Assembly (NCBI GenBank): GCA_002633005.1
Contig: NMRA01000181.1
Span: 382,959 to 446,958 of the forward strand
Direction: 5' to 3'
DNA: 64,000 nucleotides
From: Phoronis australis
Taxonomy: Eukaryota; Animalia; Phoronida
The translations under genes and the position numbers were made by a program. Shown here one piece after another: positions 13,337 to 24,900 of the stretch. Every line of letters begins with the position of its first letter. The first letter of the stretch is position 1. The notes beneath the pieces are model-generated. The model was given only the letters and a program-made list of their open reading frames with translations, did not search any database and was not told the DNA's origin.

Positions 13337-13521
13337 GTTTTGCCTTGGGAGGAGCGTTTGGTCTCTTCACAGCGGGTGTTGACCCCATGAGTACCATGAG
13401 TACTGAAACACCTTCCACCAGGATGGTGTTTCAAGAAATGAAAGCGAGGTCACTTTCTTATGGGAAAAACTTTGCTGTTGTCGGCTGTATGTTTGCTGGC
13501 TCCGAATGTCTCATTGAATCG
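13337..13521 (+). CDS. TIMM22: TIM22 exon
   Basis: ttgcag|...|gttggt boundaries. Encodes GFALGGAFGLFTAGVDP...SLSYGKNFAVVGCMFAGSECLIES, the Tim17/22/23-family TM segments with the conserved second Cys. Confidence 0.96.
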
Positions 13522-14524
13522 GTTGGTACCAGTGAGGTCTTCCATACCTGTTAAATGATTTGTTATAATTCAAAATTAAAGCAGGTATTTTCATTTTATT
13601 GAAGGACACTACGATGATCACTGATAGAACCCAGATCATTCAAACACTGTTAAAATCCACCTAAGCTATGACATTTACTCCTTAAACAAGCCAACTGTAT
13701 TGTAGACAAGTTCTTTGGTCACAACTAGTGGTTTAGAAAGGTCCCGGAAGGGTTTGCTGTAACATCACCAGACTGTATTTTGTGTATCATTTTTACTGTT
13801 ACATTTGTAAAACTCACGTAAGGTCCAACCTGATCAGGAGGTTGTTCTTGAGTAAAGGGAATTCCGAATTATTTGACATGACTTAGTTCATCATCTGGAA
13901 AGTGACGAGGATAATTTCCAAACATAAAAGTCATGGAAAATGAAATTGGTACCAAAAAGTTATGGAAAAATAATGAAAACCTTAATCCTGATATATAGAA
14001 AAACCTCATTTTGCACACCATGAATTATGCTTAATTTTAGGAAAAATGATTGTGTGTATTTGTGAGTAAATTGTGGAAAATGAACTTTTTATCCTGGAAA
14101 ACTCATCGAAAATGCATGATACAATTGCGTATTTGTGATTGGGAACTAGGTCTGAAATATCAAGTGTACCAAAAGGAGCAACCGTTTAGGGCCATTTTGA
14201 GTGAAAGTGCACCTGACTTATACAAGTTACATGTAGATTCAATAGTTTCACAGTGTTTTTGACAAGCATATTCTTGGTCTAATATGTGATTAAAACCACA
14301 TTACATTTATACTACACAGTGGTATTGATTCAGTCGGTTCTGTGTCCCAGAAAAACTTCCAGCAAATACTTTTTCTGAAATTTAGAATACTGAATCAGAT
14401 ATATTTAGTAGATTGTTAGACTTGGAGAAATAAAAAACCTTTTAAGGTAGATTACAACACAACTTAAAAGTATGCATTTCATTGTTGTGTTGTAATCTAC
14501 ATGTACTTGTACTTCATATTGCAG

Positions 14525-14597
14525 TATAGAGGAAAAAGTGAACTGATTAATGGAACCTTGGCGGGAGGTCTGACTGGGGGAGTCCTGGGATTACGAG
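14525..14597 (+). CDS. TIMM22: TIM22 exon
   Basis: ttgcag|TAT AGA GGA...CGA G|gtttgt. Encodes YRGKSELINGTLAGGLTGGVLGLR and joins in frame with both neighbours. Confidence 0.94.
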
Positions 14598-15106
14598 GTT
14601 TGTAGTTATAAGCCATCCTTTGATTTGAAACTGAATTTGTCATTGAAGGTGGTATCTTGTCTAGTAAGTTTTCCCCTCGGGATTGTCGTTAATATAGTCA
14701 ACGGTTTCTTGTCGCTCTATTGTTGCCCCTTATCTTACCTTAGACCAAGGTGGAGCCATGTCTATAATTGTTCATGGTTACTTTAGTGCTGTAGGTTACA
14801 GTCTTAGTCAGTCCTACAGGTTAAACGTGATGCTCGTTTATCATAGATAGATCTTGCACAATTTCTAGTTTTAGTCTAAGACTGCAAAAAATTAGGAATC
14901 ATTATACAAGACCAAGGTTGAGAAGTTTGATTTCGATCAAACCTAATATTGAAACAAGTTGGTATTATGAAAGCAAGATGTTGTCAGTGTTTTTGTTATT
15001 GTCACCACCGGATGTAGCTGTGCCTGTTCACTTTTGTTCTTCCTGTGGTTTCTCTCTTCCATCTTCCATATGTTTGTCTGAAATTAATGACACTTCTTGT
15101 TTTCAG

Positions 15107-15186
15107 CTGGTCTAAAACCAGCCTTATTTGGTGCTGCTGGCTTTGCCGTCTTCTCCACTGTGATAGACTATTACTTGCGGTATTGA
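15107..15186 (+). CDS. TIMM22: TIM22 last coding exon
   Basis: tttcag|CT GGT...; encodes [26 protein letters not shown] (TGA 15184-15186), matching the Tim22 C-terminus (GFAAFSAAIDYYLR). Confidence 0.95.
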
Positions 15187-16349
15187 GGGTCAACAGAGGG
15201 CAATACAGTGGAGTCACTGTGAGAGTAACTGGGCCCAGCATGTGGTGAAGACGTTGTGATAGTGTGATCTTCAGCAGGAAGATGATCTCTATGGCAACGG
15301 TCGCCTACAGGGGTCCCGGATATTGAGAACAAGTTTGATGCCCCTCATTCAGTGGAGAGAACCCGTTCTTACAATGTGGTACTCCTGTAATTGACTTTTA
15401 CCATCTTTGTTAGATTTTATTTAAATAATGTGCTGTTTGCACAAGAAATTTAATATTGAATGATTGTCATTCCAAGAGAGAGTACAAACTTAAAGCTGCA
15501 TTCCACCCTGTTTCGCTGACAAAAAACTATCAAATTGAGCCTTTTACTATCGTAAAATTGGTCTGGTAATATTCCTTATCATGAAAGGATTCTATAATCA
15601 TCAAGAACATCAAAAATATTTCAGTAATTCAAGAAAACACTTCAGGTTTTATTGGTTGGCCAACTTTGAAATCCGATGGTGCATGTGCACATTGTCTGTA
15701 GCGCATCAATAGAATTTGAGTATGCCAAAAATTGTGCCATGATGCTCGGCTTACCTCAAAATCCAACTGCTTCCTGTGGTTTGGCAATTGGCCAAATTAT
15801 GTTGCACACCCGGCATAATTAATGAGGAATATAATATTGCGACTTTAATTAATCCTTTCAGGTTTTAAGTCACATTTCTTTCCAGTTTTCAAAAATTAAT
15901 TCAAAAACCTAATCACGTTTGAGTTTCACGAAGTATTCAAATATCCTTTTTACAAATTTTTAAAATGAAAATATAAAAATACTCTTGTTGTCCCCAATGT
16001 ATTTATGATGGTCTCATTATCTAGACAACGATAACATCAGAAGCCTGGGGCAATTTAATTAACCACAACAGCATGGTGTCTTTGATCTGAGCCGGCAGCA
16101 TCTGTGGGGTGCAAACGGGTCGAGTTGCCCAATCTTGACTGGTTATGATGTCAATGTAGGATTCATTTCATGATCATGGTAAGGAATATTACAAGGTTTT
16201 TTGGAGAATACGAGGTCTGATGGATTTTTTTTGTTTTTAGCCTGTCCGGCTAAACAGTGAGAAATGCCGCAATAAGGTTTGGTACACGTGTTTAAGGAAA
16301 AAAATATGTGCATCAGATCATTTTTCTGAAATGACTACAAGTAACATGG

Positions 16350-17181
16350 TGACCCATTTAGGTCGTTTCTGAATGTTTCTGAGTATCAAGGTTAATTTTT
16401 TTGTTACCAACATTAATATTAATGACTAGGGTCTATTCAGGAATGTCTGTGCATGCCCATTGTGAATAAACCGATCAAAGCACATTTGACAGATTTGCTG
16501 GCTATCAAACCGCTATGTCAAAAAACAACCCAAGCACAGAACGACGTCAAAAACATCAGAGCCACCATCGGGCTTTAAAGGAAATTGTCCGAGTCATTAT
16601 TGAAGTAAAAATTCGGTTACATCCTGTCTTTGAATGACAATAATACACTCACAGTATGATTTTTTTAATTACAGAAATGTGACGTGAATGTAANATTTGT
16701 TTGCAAGTGTTGGATTTTATATTTTAACCTATTAAAAATAATTAAAAAATTATGGGTCATGGGTTGGAGAAATAAATGAAAAATACGGGTGGTGGGTATG
16801 AAATAAAAGTGCCTTCCCCCCCTCCCATACAGATTTTGCTGGAACAGCCCTGACCCATTTAGGTCGTTTCTGAATCATTCTGAGTATCAAGGTTAATTTT
16901 TTTGTTACCAACATTAACATTGATGACTAGGGTCTATTCAGGAATGTCTGTGCATGCCCATTGTGAATAAACCGATCAATGCACATTTGACAGATTTGCT
17001 GGCTAGCAAACCACTATGTCAAAAAACAACCCAAGCAAAAACATCAGAGCCACCATCGGGCTTTAAAGGAAATTGTCCGAGTCATTATTGAAGTAAAAAT
17101 TCGGTTACATCCTGTCTTTGAATGACAATAATACACTCACAGTATGATTTTTTTAATTACAGAAATGTGACGTGAATGTAA
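16350..17181. repeat. ~340-bp duplication around an N, second copy preceded by a MITE end
   Basis: 16350-16693 is repeated at 16851-17181 with a few SNPs and one indel; N at 16694. 16695-16850 ends in a TIR-like ...tttgctggaacagccc. Confidence 0.85.
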
Positions 17182-18221
17182 CCTTTACTTGTTATTGGTC
17201 AGTCGTGTTTCGATATTCTTCCACAAAAACAGGAAGCACGGTTTCATTTTGTCCTCAGATAGTGCGAGACTTCAAATAGCAATGTGGCGACTGGTCACAT
17301 GGGATCGGATACCAGTGGGCTCTATTTGGTTGAAACTGAATGTCCCAAGGTAACAGTCGTGTTATTTAAGGCAATCATTGCCAGAAAGAGCCTGGGTGAT
17401 TAGTCTCGGCCAGAATGACCTGTTACAAAACCATACATCTCAGAATCGTTGTTTGCTAGAAAGTGTGTACTCTGGTGGCTTACTTAGGATCATTGTTGCC
17501 ATTGCAATACAAACCCCAAACCATAAAATCTGGCAATGATCCATGCCAAGTCTGAAAGTACACTTTTGTGTTTTGTAGTTACGTGCTCGCATAAATTATT
17601 CAGGGTAGGCGTTTCTATAGAGAGTGCTTGCGTTTTGTCTTATTAGCCAAGTGTTGTATATGAACATGCTTGTATTCTCGGTCTAGCCTTCTGTTTAATG
17701 CGTCTTGTCAAGTTACATCGTTAGCATTATTGCCGTTCAGGTACTCCCATCCCTGGCTAGCTAAGCCAGACTTTGTATAAGATGCAATTCATTAAGTAAG
17801 AGCGTATTTGAAGTTGCTCATGTATGAAGGTTGTTATTTATATTTTGTGTATAGAAAGAAAACGAGAATATAAGCTGACACACAACTTCCATCAAATCTG
17901 TTTATTAGTCCAGTCTACAGAATATATTAAGACCTCTGGGATAGTAATACACTGAACTTATCAAATGCAAAACATCATTTCTCAATTTTTGCACAATCAT
18001 TTACAAAAAATGTTTACTTATACAAAAAGAAAGACAATTATTGCTTAATCTCTGACACTAATGTATAAAACCCTTAGTAATATGCAGTTATTACAAATGA
18101 GAAATTCTTTAATAGTAGTTTTTGTGCGTATAAAATGACATATACAACTAAAAATTAACAAAAAATCTTACAATGAGGGCAACTACTGAAAACTTCATTA
18201 TTCAAAAAGACAATAACAGCA

Positions 18222-18262
18222 GAGGCAACGTTTCACTCTTACGTAAGAGTATCATCAGGCAA
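18222..18262 (-). ncRNA. Hammerhead-ribozyme-like motif (Penelope-type minimal HHR, helix I degenerate)
   Basis: The minus strand reads gc-CUGAUGA-u-ACUCUU-acgu-AAGAGU-GAAA-cguu-gc: both core boxes are intact around a perfect 6-bp stem II, but helix I is only 2 bp. Confidence 0.45.
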
Positions 18263-20137
18263 AAGCGAAAAAGGTGTCAAACCATTGACGACAAAATATT
18301 GCGGCAACACGGTGCACGATAGAGAAGAAACTTCACCACCGAACAGCAGTTATACCAGAACACTGAACTGATCTTTTGGTTCCATGACTGATGAAGTTTG
18401 CCGTGGCTGCCCTGTTTGTAAGATTTCTAATATTTTGGCCATGAATTAATGTTATAAAAACTAACAATAAATGATCAAATCTAGACAGCACAATGATTGG
18501 CTTAATCATTGTGATCAGATATTTTTACACCTAAAAGTATCACTAAGAGTTCAAAACATCCACTTCAGGTACCGGGGTTGAGGTTTGCCGCTAGCATACA
18601 TTCTTGACATAAAAAATGGTGGTGCTGCAGGAGAACATTTGAAGGTTTAGTAATTGTTTATTCGAATCAAGAAGAATCGTCAACTTCTCATCTTGATTCC
18701 TTAACGGAACTTAACTCTAAGTGATGGACAATTAGTTAAATTTCACAACAGTCAAAACGCCAAATTTGTGTTAGTTTTCCGAGGTAGTTGGGAAAAGCAT
18801 GTTTGGTACACTCATGAAAATGCAGAAAAACTCGCATAAGTCGGATCCACCTCGACAGAGATTGTATCCGATTAAGGCCAAATTCGCCTACCTGAAGAGC
18901 TGAGTGCACAAATTAGAACAACCGTGCCGCGAAACTTAGTCTGGGATAAGCAAATTTTTATCTCCTTTGTATGTCCAACTAATGCGAGTTTTACTACGGG
19001 AATAATAAATGATCCCTAACAGGACATACTTTCAAACATAAAAAAACAGTATAAGAGCAATAACATGTAATTAATCTATGTGTAAAGCATAATTAACAAG
19101 AATGGTTAACAAGAATAAAATTTCAGACACTAAAGAAACATGCCTTAATTGAATCGAATGAAATGTGTGTAACATTTTGGCACCAGCCTGCGGAAATGAA
19201 CTTGTCCAACAAGTTGCTTCGGCAACCAATACCCAAAACACCCTGTCTTGGTAAGATACACTGCATCTACTATGTATCCTGTCAAACGTGTCCAGCACAG
19301 GGCTCGGACAAAAAGAAAACTTTCTAAGTGATGTATCATTCCACAAATAAATGGGTTTATCTGGTAGAAATATTTTTTGTGTTGAGCCAAGGACTTGCTT
19401 TTAAAGTCACACAAAAAGCACGCAATGGTCGCCAGTGACCCACTCAGCTGCACACAAGAGTGCTGCCAACCGCCCCTTCCCATCTCAATGGATTTCTTTG
19501 GAAAAATACTGCAATACCCTTTTGGTTCAAGTTCGTTGGTCTGTTTCACTTAAAACAGAAATCTGGCTATTAGGTAACAAAATCAAAGATTTAGTAATAT
19601 TAAATTCTTTTCAGGCCACGTTGTACACATTTAGATGCAAGTTACTTTTCCAGTAGACACAAGCTACCAGGCATGACAAGTACAATGCTGGAAATCCTGC
19701 AACTTGACCCACATTGAGGGAGTTTTGAACCCGTATTCCATGTCTAACCGTCAAAAACAGTCATTTGGCAACTACGAGTAAAATACGATTTGTATCGATC
19801 TTTCATCACAGAGTAGAATTGCAGAATAAAACCTCACTACATCCACAAATATTTTGTGTTTTTCTCAACTCTTAACACTGAATAAAATTCATAATCAAAC
19901 AAAACAAGTTTCATCAAAAGTAAGCAAAGGTAGTTAATTTAGAGATAAACAAATTTACAGGTTTGGTCATTCACCTGTGGATCATTTTCTATTTTTCCAA
20001 ATGTGTCTGGATCTAAAAATAGATTTTGATAGCGATTCCACCATTCCTAATTATCACAGTTCATCCTTTCCCTCCCAATGACTACAGAAATGCACCAAGT
20101 AACTGCTTCATTTCATCAGCGTATCACAGTTTTTTCC

Positions 20138-20188
20138 TCTCCTATCGTCTGCTGATGTTCACCCATCGTCTGCTGATGTTCTCCCATC
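20138..20188. repeat. 21-bp tandem repeat (~2.5 copies) just downstream of the OSGIN stop codon
   Basis: cctatcgtctgctgatgttca / cccatcgtctgctgatgttct / cccatc. Confidence 0.85.
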
Positions 20189-20214
20189 ACCAGTTCTTTT
20201 GTTCTCATTCCTGA

Positions 20215-21217
20215 CTACAATTCATTCTTACCCCTCTGTCTCAACAAGTGGGCCGTGATGCCCAGCGCGCCACCCCTGATGAAGCGTACAAAGTTGTCGC
20301 CGACCAGCGGCCCCATGGCAAACAGCCCCGGCTCGTGCATACTCTGGTAAGTATACGGGTCCACGTCTACTATGTTCTGCTTGCTGTCAATCAAATGATC
20401 TGGAATCAAGCCCAGATTACGACCTTCCTGAGGTAGAAATGACAAGTCTGGTCTGCAGCCTATCTGTACCACAACCATGGAGACACTGATGATGTGCTCG
20501 CAGCTGGTGACGCCGTTGGCTCTTACCAGAACCTTCTTGTCTGGCAGGAACTCCACAACTTGATGCTCGGCCAGAGCATTGTAGGACTCGTATGCACACT
20601 TACCTCCCTTCATCATGTCATGCACCCGGTGGTATTCTGGATACATGGTCTTCGGCAGTTTGTTGAAGATCACAACAGGGTCGTTGGGTTTCCGCCGAAA
20701 CATGTGGACAATGGGCAGCCCATGACTCTGACAATAGAGGATGACGTCAGAGGCGCTCAACCCGGCGCCAATGACCAGAATGGGGTCGGAATCGGGTCCG
20801 AGCGTGGAACAAGCGACGGCACGTTCCAGCTCAGTAATGGAATGTATAACGTAAGGCATGTTCTCACCCGGCACTCCTAGTTTGTTGGGACTGTCGAAGG
20901 TGCCCGTCGCCAGCACCACACGCGGTGCCCGATAGCAGAACTCTGTCTTGGTGCCATCTGCTTGCCACTGGTAGCCTTGAACCTCCCAAGTGGCATGGCA
21001 GTGTTGGCGACAATGTTGTCCACAGGCAACAATCTCGCCTGTCTCATCATCCTCGTGATTCTTTATGTCGGACACACGCTGGACTAAAGTGACCGTAGAG
21101 TAGCTACGAAAGTTGTCAGCCAACCCTTTCTGACTTATGAAGTCCGTGTAGTAGTCGCGTACATCCTTCATGCTGGCACGATTACGCACGACGTTCGTCT
21201 CACCATTAAGTCGGGGT
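20215..21217 (-). CDS. OSGIN: OSGIN1/2-family (OKL38, oxidative stress-induced growth inhibitor) FAD/NAD(P)-dependent oxidoreductase, last exon
   Basis: Acceptor ttttttcag at 21218. Motifs VVLATGTFDSPNKLGVPGE, ILVIGAGLSASD (Rossmann), LPKTMYPEYHRVHDMM and GLFAMGPLVGDNFVRFIRGGALGI are characteristic of OSGIN. Stop TAG at 20215-20217. Confidence 0.95.
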
Positions 21218-21825
21218 CTGAAAAAACACCATGGTGTGCCTACTCAAACATTCACTAAGATGATAAGTTGATCAGAAAAAAACGAGGGCCCTACTTCACC
21301 TGAGCGGAAAGGTGTCTGTGACTTCTGAGAGGGGAATTTTTTGGGTTAAGGAGAAAATTCTTCTTCCCGATCATCAATAAATAGCACCCCCACCCTGATG
21401 CAAACCCTCACAGGCTCTGCCTCAAATAGCCAAAACTAACATTTTGCACTGCTTCAAATTGTCACATACCCGGTATGTGAGATACAAGTGATCCCAACCA
21501 ATACGGGTATTTTTCAATCACTTGGCAGGAATTTTTGGGCAACGTGAGTGGACCATCGCATGATATTCGTCCCCAAAATCGAGGGATTGAGGGCCCTGAA
21601 AACAGCAAATTAAATGAGTAACATATTCAACAAATGTGTGCAACTCGAAAATGTATCCTAATACTTGTTCCATGTAACAAATGAATGTTTCCAACAAATA
21701 GCAGGTGGATAATAAACACTCAATTTTTCTTTGTTAATCCCGTAGACAACAGCACATAAGGGCAATTAAAAGCGAGTCGAGCATTCTATAAAATAATACA
21801 AGGCCACAAAATGCTGGTTACGCAC

Positions 21826-21911
21826 CGATCGGCCTTCCACTCTCTGAACGACATGTCGGGAAGTTCCATCCACACACCCAGACTGAGAGTCTGCATACCG
21901 CCTTCCATCAT
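21826..21911 (-). CDS. OSGIN: OSGIN exon
   Basis: tttcag|ATG ATG GAA...GAT CG|gtgcgt. Encodes MMEGGMQTLSLGVWMELPDMSFREWKAD (OSGIN TLSxGxWMELP motif). Phase 0 to 2 fits both neighbours. Confidence 0.93.
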
Positions 21912-24900
21912 CTGAAATGAACAAACACTGTCAGGTACACAAAAGCAATCAGGGGATGCGCATGTCATACATTTATTTACCAAAATTTTAAAGATTTCAG
22001 TAACAGTTATCAATTTATTAACACATGTACAAAAAATAATAGTATAAAGTTCGGCCCAGAAACAGTAGTTAGCAACTTAGCATTACATCCAGGCTTTAGA
22101 TAATGTAGAGGTTTTATTTAATACAGTTCAAAATTTGAATATTCAAATGCCTATTGTCCAACAAAAATCTGGGCATAGTGTAATAAAGTAATCAACAATC
22201 ACAAATGCCTGCATCGTTAATCGCCTACAGTACACAACACAAGTATTCACACACAACAACCTGGAATTTCTCATCACGAGGCTGGATGGAGCCCAATTTA
22301 TTGTCACAGTAACCAAGAATGAGTGGGAAATAACAGGAATTTTAGTAAAGTTTCTCAGTCATTCAGCAAAATCACTACCAGGCATTTGTGTTGATAGAAA
22401 ACATTATTTTGTCTAAATCATTACGTTTGTTTTGTACTGTAAGCAGTAAACCTCCTGAAGGGGAGAACTCAAAGTCAAACACAAAGCGGCAACATTTGAA
22501 CAAGAAACCGTGCATGCAACAGCTGTGAAGTTTAATAATAGCCTAATACATCCCGGTTAAAAGTATATATACTCAGGGTTCACCAGAGGCTGCCTTCTTG
22601 CCTCTTAGACACAATGAAGCTAAAAATTTTTAAACCATTCTTGCAAAGGTTTATTGCAGGAGTGTCCAAACTACGGGCCGCAAGACAACCGTGGGACCCC
22701 TGCCACATTATTGGCCTTTGACAGGTTTTATATTACCTCTAAATAACTCTCAACATTGTTGCGTAGGATCTTATCAACAAGTGCTTGCATTAAGCCAAAT
22801 ATCTAGATAAGATGAATTATTAAGTATTCTTTCTGGAAGTAGAAAGCCTGCAGAGTTTGATTTTCGACTTTATTCCAATCTGTATTAATTGAGTCACTTG
22901 ACCATATCATTTAGTAAAAAAACAAGGTACACTCATACCAACAGCGTCAATAACATGACAAAATGTCAGTTGGCGTAAATGTTCAAGATGAATTCTCTAA
23001 AACACAGTTTATAGTTTTCTAAATTAATGCCATATTTTCTTAATTTTATGACTTTCAATAACAGTGAGATTTTGCTTTTTGGAAATTTTGACTTGATGTG
23101 TGCCTGAAACCTGAAAACATGGGGTTTCAAGGCATTAACCACCCTGATAATAATCTGCTTTGCAAGTACCCTCAAAGTATGGGCAGATCACTCAACAAGT
23201 CTCCATTATGTAACTAGACCACTTATTGCTGTGGACACACTGTTGAAGTCATTTTAGGGTGTAAAGGTGTGTTGGACTTTGTGCAATTTTGGTGATTGCG
23301 CAAGCAGAATTCGACCCAGGTCTTCGCTGTTGATGATTTTTTGACAGTATTTTACTATATACATTTAGCACCAAGCAAAATACTACTTAAACTCCCTAAA
23401 TGAGTGATTGAACGCATGCTAAATTTTTAAGAAGGCACGACTGAGATACTTGTGCACTGGTGTTTGCTGTCACAAGACCTTATGCCAAAAGCATTTTTTG
23501 TAACTGCAATTGAATGTCATTTGCGTGCTAGTACCGTTCCATCTTGTGTGCTACATTTTGTAAGAGATTGATGGCTTGTGCCCTTTCATATGCCAATTCA
23601 CAGTTGTACAAGTGCATCAGGAGTGTTGGCCGTTAGCACAGTGTTACTTGGCATTTTGCTCAACTTATTTTGATGCTGATGGTTAACATTTCTAACCCTG
23701 GCGGCACAATTTATGGAGATAAGTACATATCGTTCCACTAACTTTTGCGTTGACCTCTATCCCAGATGCATTGCATTGTAGCATTTTCCGGGTGTATTTA
23801 TCGTTATTGGTGGTGTAACCCATATTGCTTTCAATTGACCTATCGCCAGGATTTTGAGTGACAAGTTAACTGAACAATTAGAAAAAGCGTTCTTGACACA
23901 CTTTTGTTTCCAAGCCGCCATTTTACATGACAAACAATACGTTGCTGGGTAAAACTTATTGTTTGCCAACATTTCACAAAGGGGCAAAGCTTGCAATAGG
24001 TCAATAGTTGAAATCACAGAAAAAGGTAGAACAATTTCACATTAGCAACAGTACATAGGATTCAAGAGCATTTTCCTGTCTTATCAAGCCCTTTCACACT
24101 TATGTTGCCACGTTGATGTTTTGGTGAGTTGCAGTCAGTACTAACGGTTAATTTCGGTTATGGATTGAAGTCAACAGCGCCAGTGAACTTAATTTAAACA
24201 GGCAGTGCGGTATGAACGGCCAGCTCCGGTCTCATCGAAATTATCATCAGGGGTCACTTCTATCGTCAACAATTCAAGGGCAGTGTTGTCGCTAATAGTT
24301 GTTTATATTTTGCTCGAATAACCACCAATCGAATTAGAAGTAAGTTTTATGTCAATTAGAACATGTAAATATTAACTCAAATTATCACATCAAAACAATC
24401 TTAGTGTGCATGGGATGCATCAGCACTACCTTGCAATTACTTCAATGACAGCATTTACTTGGATGCCCTTCCCAGTTTACATAGACTCTCTGCTCATATG
24501 GGGCCTATAGATATCTGTTCCTATACTGACAATAGGCATACATGGAGGCTACACACACATGTTAGTCATACCTACACTTATGTGCATACAATTAAATTAA
24601 ATTCACTTGAACAGCTTGTTCCAATGGCCTATTATAAGTTACCAGCAGCAACACAAATCCTGTAAGGAATTACATTTAATAAGAATAACATTCAAAATCT
24701 CTGGAATAGACAACCCTTCTAAACTTCCCAACATCACAAAAATTCATATTAGTCATCCCTGACTGATGACATTTCAGCAAGTCTATGTCAGTTTGTTGTC
24801 AAACCGGTCCATGTCGGGAACATTCAGACTACTACAGGAATATGTGGCAAATGGCCACACATTTGCTGCGACCAGCCACCAATTAAAGGTTACGTAGGAC

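Noticed and set aside
15184-15300. TIM22 TGA as selenocysteine
   Set aside because: The TGA falls at the conserved C-terminus of the family, and no SECIS was recognised.
20116-20214. In-frame 32-codon read-through extension of OSGIN (SGMRTKELVMGEHQQTMGEHQQTIGEEKTVIR)
   Set aside because: The stop context TAG-TCAG is not a known read-through motif, the 21-bp repeat explains much of the openness, and no targeting signal results.
20218-20229. KDEL-like C-terminus (KNEL) on OSGIN
   Set aside because: The spliced protein has no signal peptide, so ER retrieval is implausible.
20248-20880. Plus-strand ORFs overlapping the OSGIN last exon
   Set aside because: These are antisense shadows of a GC-richer coding exon with no independent support.
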